64,000 bases of DNA from Eledone cirrhosa. Lineage: Eukaryota. Shown here in pieces: positions 14,480 through 27,099 of the stretch (positions are counted from its first letter, which is position 1; every line of letters begins with the position of its first letter). The stretch spans positions 72,788,001-72,852,000 of the forward strand of contig OZ024742.1 in NCBI GenBank assembly GCA_964016885.1. Reading direction: 5' to 3'. The notes beneath the pieces are model-generated. The model did not search any database and was not told where the DNA came from. It saw only the letters and a list, made by a program, of their open reading frames with translations. A program made the translations under genes and the position numbers.

Positions 14480-15500
14480 TTTATGAGTTCTATATCCCAT
14501 CATCTTCCCATGAAACTGCCCCATGAAACACATCTCTGCCAACCTCAACTCCATCCCAACACCCCTACTAGCAGCCTTCCCCTCCTACATATCTGACATC
14601 AACCATGTCCTCCACTTCTTCAACTACTTCATCTTCTCACCTGACCCACCCACCCTCCTTTTTACTCTCAACATCAAATCCCTCTACATGATCATCCCCC
14701 ATGCTGAAGCCCTCTGTGCCCTCCAGCATTTCCTCGACCTTCACCCCTCCCCTCAACCCTCCACCTCCATCTTCATCTGTCTTGCTAAACCGGTCCTCAC
14801 TCTCAACTATTTTTCTTTTGTGGGTGAGTTTTACCAACAGGTAACCAGGTTGGCCATGAGCATAAAATGGGCCCGAACAACAATCTAGTCATTAGCTATG
14901 TTGAGGCCCAAATACACTGGGCCCATCACCAAGCTATACAGCTATTATATCAATGACTCTAATGGTGCCACCTCACTCTCCTTTTTCTGCTCCTTTCACC
15001 CCATCTCCATTGACCCCTCTCATCATTCCTTCATTACCTCTGCCTTCAAACACACCAACTCTCAACCCTACTTTGACTTCACCTCATCCCACCCGACTCA
15101 TACCAAACACTGCATCTCCTACTCTCAATTCCTCATCCGCAGTTCCCTTCCTCCCCCAACTCCATCCCAAGATTCTACTCCTGTTTCCAACCACACATGC
15201 AACTATATCACCAATACCACAACTCTTATTGGGCCCAATGGCCAGGCCTTCCAAGACAGGGACTATGTGAGGCCATCGACATTGGACAGACTAGTTGTCA
15301 ACTACCAGGCAGCTTCCCTGAGCATCTCTGAGATATCCAGTTCAGCCACCAGACTTCAGATGCCTGACATTTCCCCTCCACCAGACACTCCACCCACCAC
15401 CTCATAGTTTTCAATCTTGTTGCTTGCTCTGGACTCACAGCCGATGAGAGAACAACACCTTATCTTTTCTCTTCAAACTTTTATTGGACACAGCCTAAAT
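14480..15500 (+). pseudogene. degenerate Neptune-type Penelope RT/GIY-YIG relic
   Basis: PSYISD, LFTLNIKSLYMIIPH, LTLNYFSF..EFYQQ...AM, later a (Y)IGQT remnant; frameshifts and stops. Confidence 0.75.
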
Positions 15501-16254
15501 GCCCAGACCCACTTCCTTTAGCCTACTATTTTCCAGCACCCACCTCCTATTCCCTCTCACACCAACACACATGCACTATCACTTCACCAACACACTTGCT
15601 GACATACATATATACAGATCACTCTCAATGCTTCTAAAATCACCTCCAAAGGTCCTGTCCAACCCATGCCAGCATAGAAAAGCAGATGTAAAAATGATGA
15701 TGATGCCAATAAGTGACATAGGGCATCTAGGAACAAATTATCCAATGTGTCCTTCCCTTTTTTATGAGGGTAGTGTGCCATTTGAGAAAAGAAAATTTGC
15801 TGTTATTTCCAGTAGGTTGAGTGACCATGTAGAGGTATTCTCAATGGTCATTATTACTGCCATAAATTAAATGACAAGGCTCCATTTGATAGAAATAGTA
15901 GTCAAATTACCTCTAAATCACACTCTCAACATTACTGTTTAACATCTATTTCCATGCTTTTTTGAATACCATCATTTTAAAAAAGAAGGACACTTTCAAT
16001 AATGTGTTCCTAGATACATTATGTCTGAAAAAATGGGATGGTCACATTTTATATGTCTTTGATCAAAGATCTGCTGGACGTGTCTGATCTTGAACTAAAC
16101 AACATTAAGCCATAATCATATCAATATTATAACATTGCTTACTGTACTACAGAACATATCTATACATTTTAGTCAACAGTGTGTGTAGACAGATGTAAAA
16201 ACTTGTCTTTATGTATGCTATATCATTGTGGGCAGAAAAAGGGGAATCAGTGAA

Positions 16255-16302
16255 TCAGCTAGACTTGTTTCAATCATGCGTTGGGATTTCATCAGTGACT
16301 GA
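16255..16302 (-). ncRNA. minimal hammerhead ribozyme with GUC site
   Basis: TCAGTCA CTGATGA AATC ccaacgcat GATT GAAA C aa G TC TAGCTGA; one mismatch in stem I. Confidence 0.65.
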
Positions 16303-16610
16303 ACACCCTCTTTAACTGTCCACAGAGACATTGCTTATAAACCCACAATTACTAAGGGCTCAAATAAATTGGATTGACCAATGTGCATATATAATGCATT
16401 TTTGGTAGCTAGTTTAATTTAATAAATTACTGGTGCATAGACAGACTTTTGTATCAATGCTATGCTGTACTAGTGGATATATCTATAGGTTTCAGCCAGC
16501 ACTTTTTGTAGAGATAGATGTAAACACCTTGTCTTTATATATATTATTTCAATGTTATATTGTATTACAGAAGAAATCTATAGATTTTAGTCAACATTGA
16601 ATGAATTTTG

Positions 16611-16810
16611 ACTGAAAGGTTCATAGGCTGACTATGAAGGAGTGACACTAGAGTTGTGGAATCTTGCATGCAATAATTTCAACTCTTCTTATCAATAACT
16701 GCAATGTTTCTTTCTAGGGACTATGTTGAAAAATAAACCTCATTTGGTTACTCCATGAAAGTATTTTGGTCAGCCTATGAACTTTTCAGCCCCCCCCCCC
16801 CCCCCCCATG
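16611..16810. mobile_element. mariner-type MITE
   Basis: inverted termini CTGAAAGGTTCATAGGCTGAC / GTCAGCCTATGAACTTTTCAG. Confidence 0.6.
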
Positions 16811-17297
16811 TATGTAATAAATAGGCATATAAACTCTTTGCTTGTATATACAATATCTTCATGGATATAGGTTGTTAAGTATTTTGTATCGATGCTATAC
16901 TGTACTACAGAATACACCTACAGATTTTTTAGCTAGCACTGTAAACACCATGAATCTTTGTTATGGTATTGTACAAATATATATTTTGACTACATCACAT
17001 TATAACTTCCACTCGCACCGTAATCATCATTTCTCTTTAATAAAAGTGTATTCACCTTGAGTTTCATGAATCACTGTTGCCAAACAATGGATGTATTCAA
17101 TACATGACATTTATATCACCCTCTACTATAACATTAGCCTGACTCACTTAGAGAGCTGAGTACATTTAGGTCATATGATCCAGTGCCTTGTTCTGAGGTT
17201 ACATAGGTCAGATGACTATTTCATGATGATGATGATAATTATATATATATCCCTTCCATATACTGTACCGATTGTGTTGTTATTTCTGTTTACCTTT

Positions 17298-17322
<25 letters not shown>

Positions 17323-17328
<6 letters not shown>

Positions 17329-17687
17329 GAATGTATATATAGTGTATTTTGCAATACACTGTATGCTTAATTAAAAGCATTTTGAAGACCATACGCTATT
17401 GTTTTAAAATAGTGACAATGTCACTTATTTAAATTTTCAGCAAACAGGAGAATCCAAACATAAGAATCTAACACACATAATTTTCAGCAAACAGGAGGAG
17501 TAGTGAGCTTTGATAAGTACCAAAAAGTACGAAACGGAGCTCTGTCAGTTTATCTCCCCTGTTTGCTAAAAGTTTAAATAAGTGACATTGTCACTACTCT
17601 AAAACAATAGCATAAGGTCTTCAAAATGCTTTTAATTAAGCATACAGTGTATTGCAAAATACACTATATATACATTCATATATATAT
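17323..17687. repeat. fold-back element, about 125-bp arms, spacer with hammerhead remnant
   Basis: 17323-17448 inverted at 17558-17687; (TA)n flanks. Confidence 0.9.
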
Positions 17688-18269
17688 CGCTATTTCAGAG
17701 CACCAATTCTAATTTTATATATATGTATATATATAGTCTAGCCCATGCTAGCGTGGAAGATGGACGTTAAACGAAGATATATATATATATATATACATAA
17801 TTGTGTATATATATATATATATATATATGATTGTATATATTGATGATGCATTATTATGCTTTTGGTCGCTTTATTAACTTCTTGTGTTTACTCTAGGTGA
17901 AAACGTGTTAACTCTTCACACGATTCAGTGCTTTGTCACTGCCTTAAACAATTCAATTGGTATCTGCTGTATTGCAGCTACTTCGATTCATTCAAATCCC
18001 GCCGAGGTTAATTTTGCCTTTCATCCTTACGGGGTCGATAAAATAAAGTACCAGTAATGTACTGGGTAATTGCTGGCCTTGTGCCTAAAGTAGAAACAAT
18101 TATTATTATTATTATTCAAATCCTGCCGAGGTTAACTTTGCCTTTCATCCTTACAGGGTCGATAAAATAAAGTACCAGTAATGCACTGGGTATTTGCTGG
18201 CCTTGTGCCAAAAGTAGAAACGATTATTATTATATATATACACACATATATATATATATATATATATCT

Positions 18270-18926
<657 letters not shown>

Positions 18927-19069
18927 GGAGGGTCATGTTGCCAATAAGAAACACACGCACCAGTTGCTTTCACTTCAATTTAATTTATCAAATATTTATA
19001 AATTTACAAATTTATAAATTTCTGGTTGGTTGGTTGGTTCCACAACCAGATAGTTGTTTATATATATAT

Positions 19070-19114
19070 AGTCATAGTTCTTTCGTCACACACTCTGTGA
19101 CCTCTTCAGTGACT
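19070..19114 (-). ncRNA. hammerhead ribozyme copy in the inverted pLTR
   Basis: exact reverse complement of 23909-23953. Confidence 0.78.
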
Positions 19115-19841
19115 GGGGATTTCTTTCTTCGTTTCTGTGCCTTTCCTTTCTTCTATCCTACGCCATTTTGTTTGTGTGTGGGTTGCGTGCTCAGTTTGCG
19201 CATGCGCCACATCCGGGTGTCTGTGTGTGTTTGTGTTCATTTTTCTATTTATATTTTTTTATTTGTTTGTTTATTTATTTATTTATTGTTGGTTGGTTGT
19301 TTGTTCTATGTGTGTGTGTGTTTTCATTTTGTGTGTGTTTTCAATTGTAAGTTGTTTGTTCGATGTGTGTGTGTGTTTTCATTATGTCCTTAATTGTAAG
19401 TTGTGATGTTGCTGTTCCACTCATATTTTCTATTTAATTTTGGTTTTAATTCTTTTATGCTTACTGCCTCTGTAATTTGCCTAAACATTGCGTCTTTCTT
19501 GTGTGTGGATTCTATTTTTATTTCTATGCTCTCTAATTTACCCCTGTGTTCTATCTTAGCATGTTGGTAGAGCACAGATGATTCTTTATTATCTTGGAGG
19601 TCTCGCCAGTGTTCATTTATTTGTTCCCCTATACTACGAGCTGTCTCACCTATGTACACTACATTTTTGTTTCTACATTGTCCTTCAGTACATCTTATGC
19701 TATATACTACATTTCTAGTTTTACAGTTGTTAATATGGAACCAACCAACCAACCAGAAATTTATAAATTTGTAAATTTATAAATATTTGATAAATTAAAT
19801 TGAAGTGAAAGCAACTGGTGCGTGTGTTTCTTATTGGCAAC

Positions 19842-22800
19842 ATGACCCTCCCAAAGTATAACAATATCGGTTTCAACACACGATTTCAGATAAAGAATCT
19901 TGCTAAACAAATTCAGAAACGAAATATCGTAAGCCTTAGCCAGGCTAACAAGATACTGAAAACCACCATGTTCTGTTGTCTACGAAAAACCATAACATCT
20001 CGACAACTACACTTCATAAAACTGTGCACCACTTCTAGAATCTACACCAACACCATCAATACCGACGTTAGAAGATTACAACTCACCAAAAAACAAGCAG
20101 ATGGGCTAAAACGAACTTTAATTCTAAACATAAAAAAGAAGATCTATAGAGAATTAAGTCATCAAGAAAAACTAAAGCGTAACCTAATAGATGAAATATC
20201 TAAAATCACCACACCAGCAGAAAAACTAACATTTATAAGCCTTATACGACCCGAAGAACAGTACATTACTCAAGAATGTAATAAGCACTTTAACAGAAAA
20301 TTAAAGTGGCTTAAACAGGCAAAGCTAAATCGGGATACGATAGAGTATACCAATAGATATCCCAACAAAATTGACGGTATCAACATGGCCGACACCTCAT
20401 TATCTGAAGAGTTCAACAATGAAAATACCAACATCTATGGAAACACGGAAATAGATAATAATGAAATGTCTGTGTTACGTCTGCCACCCAAATTTGCGAC
20501 ATTCAAGAAGGTAAATATGATTAGTTGTCTGTCAGAAATAGAAAAATCATTTACGAAACTACGCTGGAGCATCAAAAACAAAAACAAAAGCAACAATATA
20601 CGCACACACATATACAACACACATCCCAACAACAACAGACACACAGACACAAACAACAATAACAACAACAATAGCAACATACCCAGATACAACAACAACA
20701 ATAGCAACATACCCAGATACAACAGACACGCAGACACAAACAACAATAACAACACACACGGAGACAATAATAACAACAACACACACATCAACAACAACAA
20801 CAATAGCAACATACCCAGATACAACAACAACAGACACGCAAACACAAACAACAACGATAACACACACACACACGGAGACAACAACAACACACATCAACAA
20901 CAACACACATCAACAACAACAACACATACGCATTCAATGCCTCTCACCACAATCTTAACAAACACACAGACACAGAAAACAAGTAATGACAGTAGCACAG
21001 AAATCAGAGAAATAAGAGAAAGTAATAGGATTAAAAGGAGAAGGGAGACTAAGGACAAAGAGAATAACCAAGACGAACACACAGACACACAAAATAGGGT
21101 AGATAACAACATTGAGCCAGTGGAAAGAGACAGGAGTAATTATGAGAGACATAGAAACAACCATGAAGCTGAGGCTGCTGCTGTTGGTGGAAATAGAAAC
21201 AACACAACTAACAATAACAATAGCACTAGTACACATAAAGCAGCAGCCTGGAACTCTCCGTTTTATAACCCCTCCGATAAATCATTCGACCTACGACGAG
21301 TCCACGCCACGACTTTGCCATTTAACAAACGCACGCAGTTGCCGTCGCAGGTCGATGAACAAACAGAGGCACAATTTAGTATAGCTAAATCCGAACTTAG
21401 AAATATTATAGAAGAGTATAGCAAGAAGCATAATAGAATAGAGGCCCAGCAACTGGGAGAAGAATCTGCAAATGGCTTGCGTAAGCTCATGCAGCGCTCG
21501 CGTAATGGAGAGATAGCATGCTTTCCAACAGACAAGTCTGGCAGAATGTCGGTTGACAGCCTGCCAAACTACATCCAGGCAATGCAACCCCACATCACTA
21601 ACACAAGAGAGGTAACACCACAGGAGCATGAGGATAGAGAAAAAACCCTCAATGCCCATATGGTGATGTGGACAAATATAATGCAGCCCAACAAAAGGAC
21701 TGCCAACAACTTCCAGGCCTGGAACAATGACGTGCCGGCGTTGTATGGGCTTCGTAAAGACCATAAAACAGGCTGGGACCCTGTCGCGGGACCACCAACA
21801 CGGCCAGTCTGTGGGGCTAACATTGCTAGTAACTACAGACTGTCCTACTTCCTCTCCCTGATCATACGCCCCATCATTGAGATGTCCCCAGATGTGTGTG
21901 ACAGCACGGAGGACCTCCTCAGCAGAATCGGCGCGGGTAACCGATCTGGGGACCTAACAAACTGCATAATAGGCAGTATGGATGTTGTGTCCCTGTATCC
22001 ATCTATTGACGTGGATTTTGCTGTGGAGAAATGCGTCGAAATGATCAGCGAGAGCAAGGTTGAGTTCCGTGGGATTGATACCAGTGAGCTGGGACTTCTA
22101 CTTAAGCTTACCCATAGTAATAGTTACCTAGACACTTATGACCTTAGCAACCTGTGCCCTACAAGACCAGCAAGAGGCAGACCACCTACCATTACCTCAA
22201 TGGCCAAGAAAACCCACATAGATAGATGGAACGGGTGGACCAGAGCCATACGGACACCCGAAAACCATGATGAACTGAAGAAAATGATTGCACATGCGGT
22301 AGGGGCCAGCATAAAACTAACCCTTAAGGAACATATGTTCAAATTTAATGGTAAAACATATGCCCAAGAGGAAGGAGCAGCCATTGGTGTTAGCATTGCA
22401 GGCGACATAGCTAACTTATTCATGGTATGGTGGGACAGTAGACTTAAACAAAAACTTAATGAACAATTAGAAGACAGCTTAACCCTGATAATGTACTCCC
22501 GCTACGTAGATGATATAAACATCGTAGTTAAGACACCCCCACTAAAGAACAGTCAGGAACTAGAGAAAAACACAATGGAAAGCATCCAGCAAATAGCAAA
22601 CTCCATCCACCAGAGCATTAGAGTTACTATAGACTACCCAAGTAGACACCCCAACCATCGATTACCTGTACTAGACACAGAGCTCTGGTTAGATACTATT
22701 AACAACCAAAAACAAATCCTCCATTCCCATTATGCCAAACCCATGACTTCCAAACATCTGATCCACCGAAACTCGGCCATTTCGGACCATACCAAAATCA

Positions 22801-23633
22801 ACATACTGATTGCGGATTTGGTACGGGTGATGAGAAATGTGTCCCGCATGTGCAACCCCGAAGAACTAGAGAGACACATACAACACTTCATCCACCGTAT
22901 GCAGTTCTCTGGCTACAATCAGAGAGATAGAATCAGAGTGTATAAAGGAGCCAGAACCAAATGGGAAAAAATGGTAAATAATGACATAAATGGGACCTGC
23001 CCCTTGTATAGGAGCAAATTTTGGAATAGAATAGAAAGAACTAAGAACAAGGCCAATAGAATAAACTCATGGTATGATAGCAATAAATACCAGAGTGTAA
23101 TGTTCATCAATACAACCCCTAGAGGCGAACTAGCCTACAAATTTAGAAGGGCCCTAAAGAAACATAACCTCAATATTAAGATAGTAGAAAGACCTGGTAC
23201 CTCCGTAAAAACACTTATTAGCAAGACATACCCGTTCCAAAGAACCTCATGTATAGATAAGAAATGTATAACCTGTAAAATAAGCCCCCATATTAACTGT
23301 AAAACTAGAAATGTAGTATATAGCATAAGATGTACTGAAGGACAATGTAGAAACAAAAATGTAGTGTACATAGGTGAGACAGCTCGTAGTATAGGGGAAC
23401 GAATAAATGAACACTGGCGAGACCTCCAAGATAATAAAGAATCATCTGTGCTCTACCAACATGCTAAGATAGAACACAGGGGTAAATTAGAGAGCATAGA
23501 AATAAAAATAGAATCCACACACAAGAAAGACGCAATGTTTAGGCAAATTACAGAGGCAGTAAGCATAAAAGAATTAAAACCAAAATTAAATAGAAAATAT
23601 GAGTGGAACAGCAACATCACAACTTACAATTAA
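19842..23633 (+). CDS. Penelope-like polyprotein: N-terminal domain, Asn-rich linker, reverse transcriptase, Cys-rich linker, GIY-YIG endonuclease
   Basis: Uninterrupted ORF (ATG 19842; the track starts at an upstream GTG, 19818). Motifs TDKSG, LYGLRKDHK, TRPV, SMDVVSLYPSI, QEEGAAIG, RYVDD, LPVLD, CIDKKCITC, NVVYSIRC...YIGETAR...RINEH, EAVSI...PKLN. Confidence 0.95.
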   Translation: MTLPKYNNIGFNTRFQIKNLAKQIQKRNIVSLSQANKILKTTMFCCLRKTITSRQLHFIKLCTTSRIYTNTINTDVRRLQLTKKQADGLKRTLILNIKKKIYRELSHQEKLKRNLIDEISKITTPAEKLTFISLIRPEEQYITQECNKHFNRKLKWLKQAKLNRDTIEYTNRYPNKIDGINMADTSLSEEFNNENTNIYGNTEIDNNEMSVLRLPPKFATFKKVNMISCLSEIEKSFTKLRWSIKNKNKSNNIRTHIYNTHPNNNRHTDTNNNNNNNSNIPRYNNNNSNIPRYNRHADTNNNNNTHGDNNNNNTHINNNNNSNIPRYNNNRHANTNNNDNTHTHGDNNNTHQQQHTSTTTTHTHSMPLTTILTNTQTQKTSNDSSTEIREIRESNRIKRRRETKDKENNQDEHTDTQNRVDNNIEPVERDRSNYERHRNNHEAEAAAVGGNRNNTTNNNNSTSTHKAAAWNSPFYNPSDKSFDLRRVHATTLPFNKRTQLPSQVDEQTEAQFSIAKSELRNIIEEYSKKHNRIEAQQLGEESANGLRKLMQRSRNGEIACFPTDKSGRMSVDSLPNYIQAMQPHITNTREVTPQEHEDREKTLNAHMVMWTNIMQPNKRTANNFQAWNNDVPALYGLRKDHKTGWDPVAGPPTRPVCGANIASNYRLSYFLSLIIRPIIEMSPDVCDSTEDLLSRIGAGNRSGDLTNCIIGSMDVVSLYPSIDVDFAVEKCVEMISESKVEFRGIDTSELGLLLKLTHSNSYLDTYDLSNLCPTRPARGRPPTITSMAKKTHIDRWNGWTRAIRTPENHDELKKMIAHAVGASIKLTLKEHMFKFNGKTYAQEEGAAIGVSIAGDIANLFMVWWDSRLKQKLNEQLEDSLTLIMYSRYVDDINIVVKTPPLKNSQELEKNTMESIQQIANSIHQSIRVTIDYPSRHPNHRLPVLDTELWLDTINNQKQILHSHYAKPMTSKHLIHRNSAISDHTKINILIADLVRVMRNVSRMCNPEELERHIQHFIHRMQFSGYNQRDRIRVYKGARTKWEKMVNNDINGTCPLYRSKFWNRIERTKNKANRINSWYDSNKYQSVMFINTTPRGELAYKFRRALKKHNLNIKIVERPGTSVKTLISKTYPFQRTSCIDKKCITCKISPHINCKTRNVVYSIRCTEGQCRNKNVVYIGETARSIGERINEHWRDLQDNKESSVLYQHAKIEHRGKLESIEIKIESTHKKDAMFRQITEAVSIKELKPKLNRKYEWNSNITTYN

Positions 23634-23908
23634 GGACATAATGAAAACACACACACACATCGAACAAACAACTTACAATTGAAAACACACACAAAATGAA
23701 AACACACACACACATAGAACAAACAACCAACCAACAATAAATAAATAAATAAACAAACAAATAAAAAAATATAAATAGAAAAATGAACACAAACACACAC
23801 AGACACCCGGATGTGGCGCATGCGCAAACTGAGCACGCAACCCACACACAAACAAAATGGCGTAGGATAGAAGAAAGGAAAGGCACAGAAACGAAGAAAG
23901 AAATCCCC

Positions 23909-23953
23909 AGTCACTGAAGAGGTCACAGAGTGTGTGACGAAAGAACTATGACT
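23909..23953 (+). ncRNA. minimal type I hammerhead ribozyme in the 3' pLTR
   Basis: AGTCA CTGAAGA g GTCACA gagtg TGTGAC GAAA G aa C TA TGACT: stem I AGTCA/TGACT, core CUGANGA plus one extra nt, 6-bp stem II, GAAA, minimal stem III, predicted cleavage after CUA (23948). Confidence 0.8.
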
Positions 23954-24166
23954 ATATATATATAAACAACTATCTGGTTGTGGAACCAACCAACCAACCA
24001 GAAATTTATAAATTTGTAAATTTATAAATATTTGATAAATTAAATTGAAGTGAAAGCAACTGGTGCGTGTGTTTCTTATTGGCAACATGACCCTCCCAAA
24101 GTATAACAATATCGGTTTCAACACACGATTTCAGATAAAGAATCTTGCTAAACAAATTCAGAAACG

Positions 24167-24211
<45 letters not shown>

Positions 24212-24214
<3 letters not shown>

Positions 24215-26375
24215 TCATCATCTTTGTTTAACGTCCACTTTCCGCGCTAGCATGGGTTAGACGGGAGTTGTCCCACTTGAGGCAATGTTGGTCGGGTAAC
24301 CGTGTCTCGCTCATATAGGACTATCTGGCAGGTTTTCTACGGCTGGATGCCCTTCCTAACACCAACCACATTTACAGTGTGGAACTGGGAACTTTTTACC
24401 GTGCTACCTACACGGCCACATTACAGCGTGGACTGTGTGTTTTTTTCTCATGGCACCTACACGATCTTGATCTTGATCTCATTTATTTGGACTGGATGTT
24501 GTGGTACCAACTTTATAGAGAGAGGGTGGTGTTGGTGGGAGTGGGAGGATAGGGTAGGGGTAGTGGATTGGGGGTGTATATTTGGTTAAGAGGTGCCTAC
24601 TGACTGTAGGTTTCGCTTTGTACATAGGCAAGGTGGGTCTTCTGTATTACTGCGTAGCGCCAAAGATCTCGGTCCAGTGACATTGTCTTAGAGAGGTGCA
24701 AGTGTGTAAGGTCGGAATTTATCAGATCGTCCCAGGTTTTTCTGGGTCTACCTACTCCGTAACTACCATCAATTTTGATCGCCCTGCACTTTTTTTATAC
24801 AGCTGTCGTCTTTCATGCGCATCATATGGCCATACCAACGTAGTCTTCTCTCAAGTAAACAGCATCTGATCCCTCTTATTCCTAATTTCTCACTTAGTTC
24901 ATTTATGCTTTGCCGTTCACGTATATTACTATTACACATCCAACGGAGCATGCATGCTTCGTTCCTTTCCAGTCTACGCAGGTCCTCTGCACGCAATGCC
25001 CATGTCTCACTGCCATGTAGCATTGCTGTTCGTATACAAGCATCATACAATCTGCCTTTCATTTTTAGAGAGAAACCTTTTGTAGCCAACAGCGGTATAA
25101 GCTCTCTGAACTTTTTCCATCCCGTTCTGACTCTAGCTACTGTACTTTCAGAACACCCTCCACCACTGCTGATTTCATCACCCAGGTAACGGAAAGTGTC
25201 TACTATTTCTATAGAACCATCTGGGCAATAGAAGGGGCTAGTATCCTGTGGACACTTACTACCTATTGCACCTGAGCATCGGCCACATATAAAGTCTACG
25301 TTCTTAGATAGTTTACCTGTGATCCCACTACATCTTTTATGTACCCATACTTTGCATTTGGGACATAAAATTGAATTTCTGCCTACTCCTTTCCTACACA
25401 CTGAGCAAGGCCATTTCCCTGAGGGTACCTGTGCCTTATTTTCTTTTCTACAAACTAGGACTTTAGTCTTAGACAAGTTAACTTTAAGGCCTTTTGATTC
25501 TAGGCCATGCTTCCATGTTTGGAATTTCTTTTCTAGTTCAGCCATTGATTCAGCTATGAGCGTTAGATCATCTGCGTATAGGAGTTCCCATGGGCAGCCG
25601 GTCTTGAACTCCTCTGTTGTAGCCTGAAGGGCAATAATAAATAGGAGGGGGCTAAGGACAGAGCCTTGGTGAACACCAACTTTTACACTAAATTCTTCAC
25701 AATATTCATTGTTAATTCTAACCTTACTGACTGTTTCATTATACATAGCTTGTATAGCTCTCACAAGCCATTCATCTACACCTAGTTTTCTAAGAGCCCA
25801 CCAGATAATGGAGCGGGGGACTCTGTCAAAGGCTTTTTCCAGGTCTACAAAAGCTAAGTAGAGGGTTTTACTTTTAGCTAGGTACTTCTCTTGTAGTTGT
25901 CGTACAAGGAAAAGAGCGTCTGTGGTACTTTTACCTGACACAAACCCAAACTGCATTTCATCTAGATCAATTCGCTCTCTGATTAGTTGCGCTATAACTC
26001 TTTCTGTGACCTTCATGACCTGGTCAATTAACTTAATGCCTCTATAGTTTCCTCTATCTAGAGCATCTCCTTTACCCTTGTAGCAGTTAATGATCATGCT
26101 GCTACGCCAGTCTTTAAGTATGACCCCATTCTGTATTACTTGGTTAACTATGCAGGTGACCATAGTATGTCCCACCATTCCAGATGCCTTCAACATCTCA
26201 GCAACTATCTCCGAAGGCCCAGCTGCCTTGCCTGTCTTCATATCTTTGATTGCCTTACTTATTATACTACCTTTAACTTGCACTGCTGGTCCTTCTATTG
26301 GATCGATTTGGGGCAGACTATCTTTTTCCCACTTATTCTCCTCATTTAATAGTCTCTCGTAGTGACACTTCCAGG

Positions 26376-26377
<2 letters not shown>
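24212..26377 (-). mobile_element. 5'-truncated RTE LINE
   Basis: 504-aa RT frame (24769-26283) closely similar to the 57-59 kb copy, frameshift near C-terminus, (GAT)n tail, inserted in (TA)n. Confidence 0.93.
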
Positions 26378-26409
<32 letters not shown>

Positions 26410-27065
26410 ATTACGTTTTCAGATAAAGAATCTTGCTAAACAAATCAAATTCAGAAACGAAATATATATATATATATTTATGTTTGTATTTATCTCCAGA
26501 CTCTAGCTATTGACCAGTTAATTTTCTTGATTTTTTAATTGATTCTATTGACTGATGAATAGCTTATGTGAATTTTAACCCTTCTGTTGAGAACTCTATT
26601 CGATTTGTGATGTTTTTGCATTCTTGCAAAAATATACACAACTGAATTTATTCACCTGATATAGGGGCTGCCTCCCTTGCCGATCCCCACGTGGAGTCAG
26701 CAATAGTCAGTCCTTGTATTAACATTGAACTAAAACCTGTTGAGAAAGTGGCTTCCTTGTTCAATCATCTTACCAGAAGCCTGACATTATTTATGTAAGC
26801 GGACGGTACTTGATTTAGGAGCCGCAGAAACCCAAATACTGGATTTTACCAACCTTCCAGGGGTCCGGGTAAATTTTCAATACCCGAATTACTTGATCGT
26901 TTTTTTGGCTATGCGAATGATTGTTTAACTATCGTCTCAGTGTGTTTGGCCTTTAACGTTTGTTATAGCTCTGGTTCATCTGAATCATTGAGCACTTGCT
27001 TCACATCTTGGAGGTTGTTTTTTTGTTATTTCGTGGGCCGAAATGCGAATCTCGATAATTTATGT

Positions 27066-27098
<33 letters not shown>

Positions 27099-27099
27099 A

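Noticed and set aside
19390-19752. Stand-alone GIY-YIG nuclease gene on - strand
   Set aside because: It is the inverted duplicate of the PLE ORF's 3' end and has no proper start.
26660-26715. HDV-like ribozyme around TCCCCACGTGGA
   Set aside because: P3/L3-like motif present but I could not build P1.1, P2 and J4/2 on either strand.
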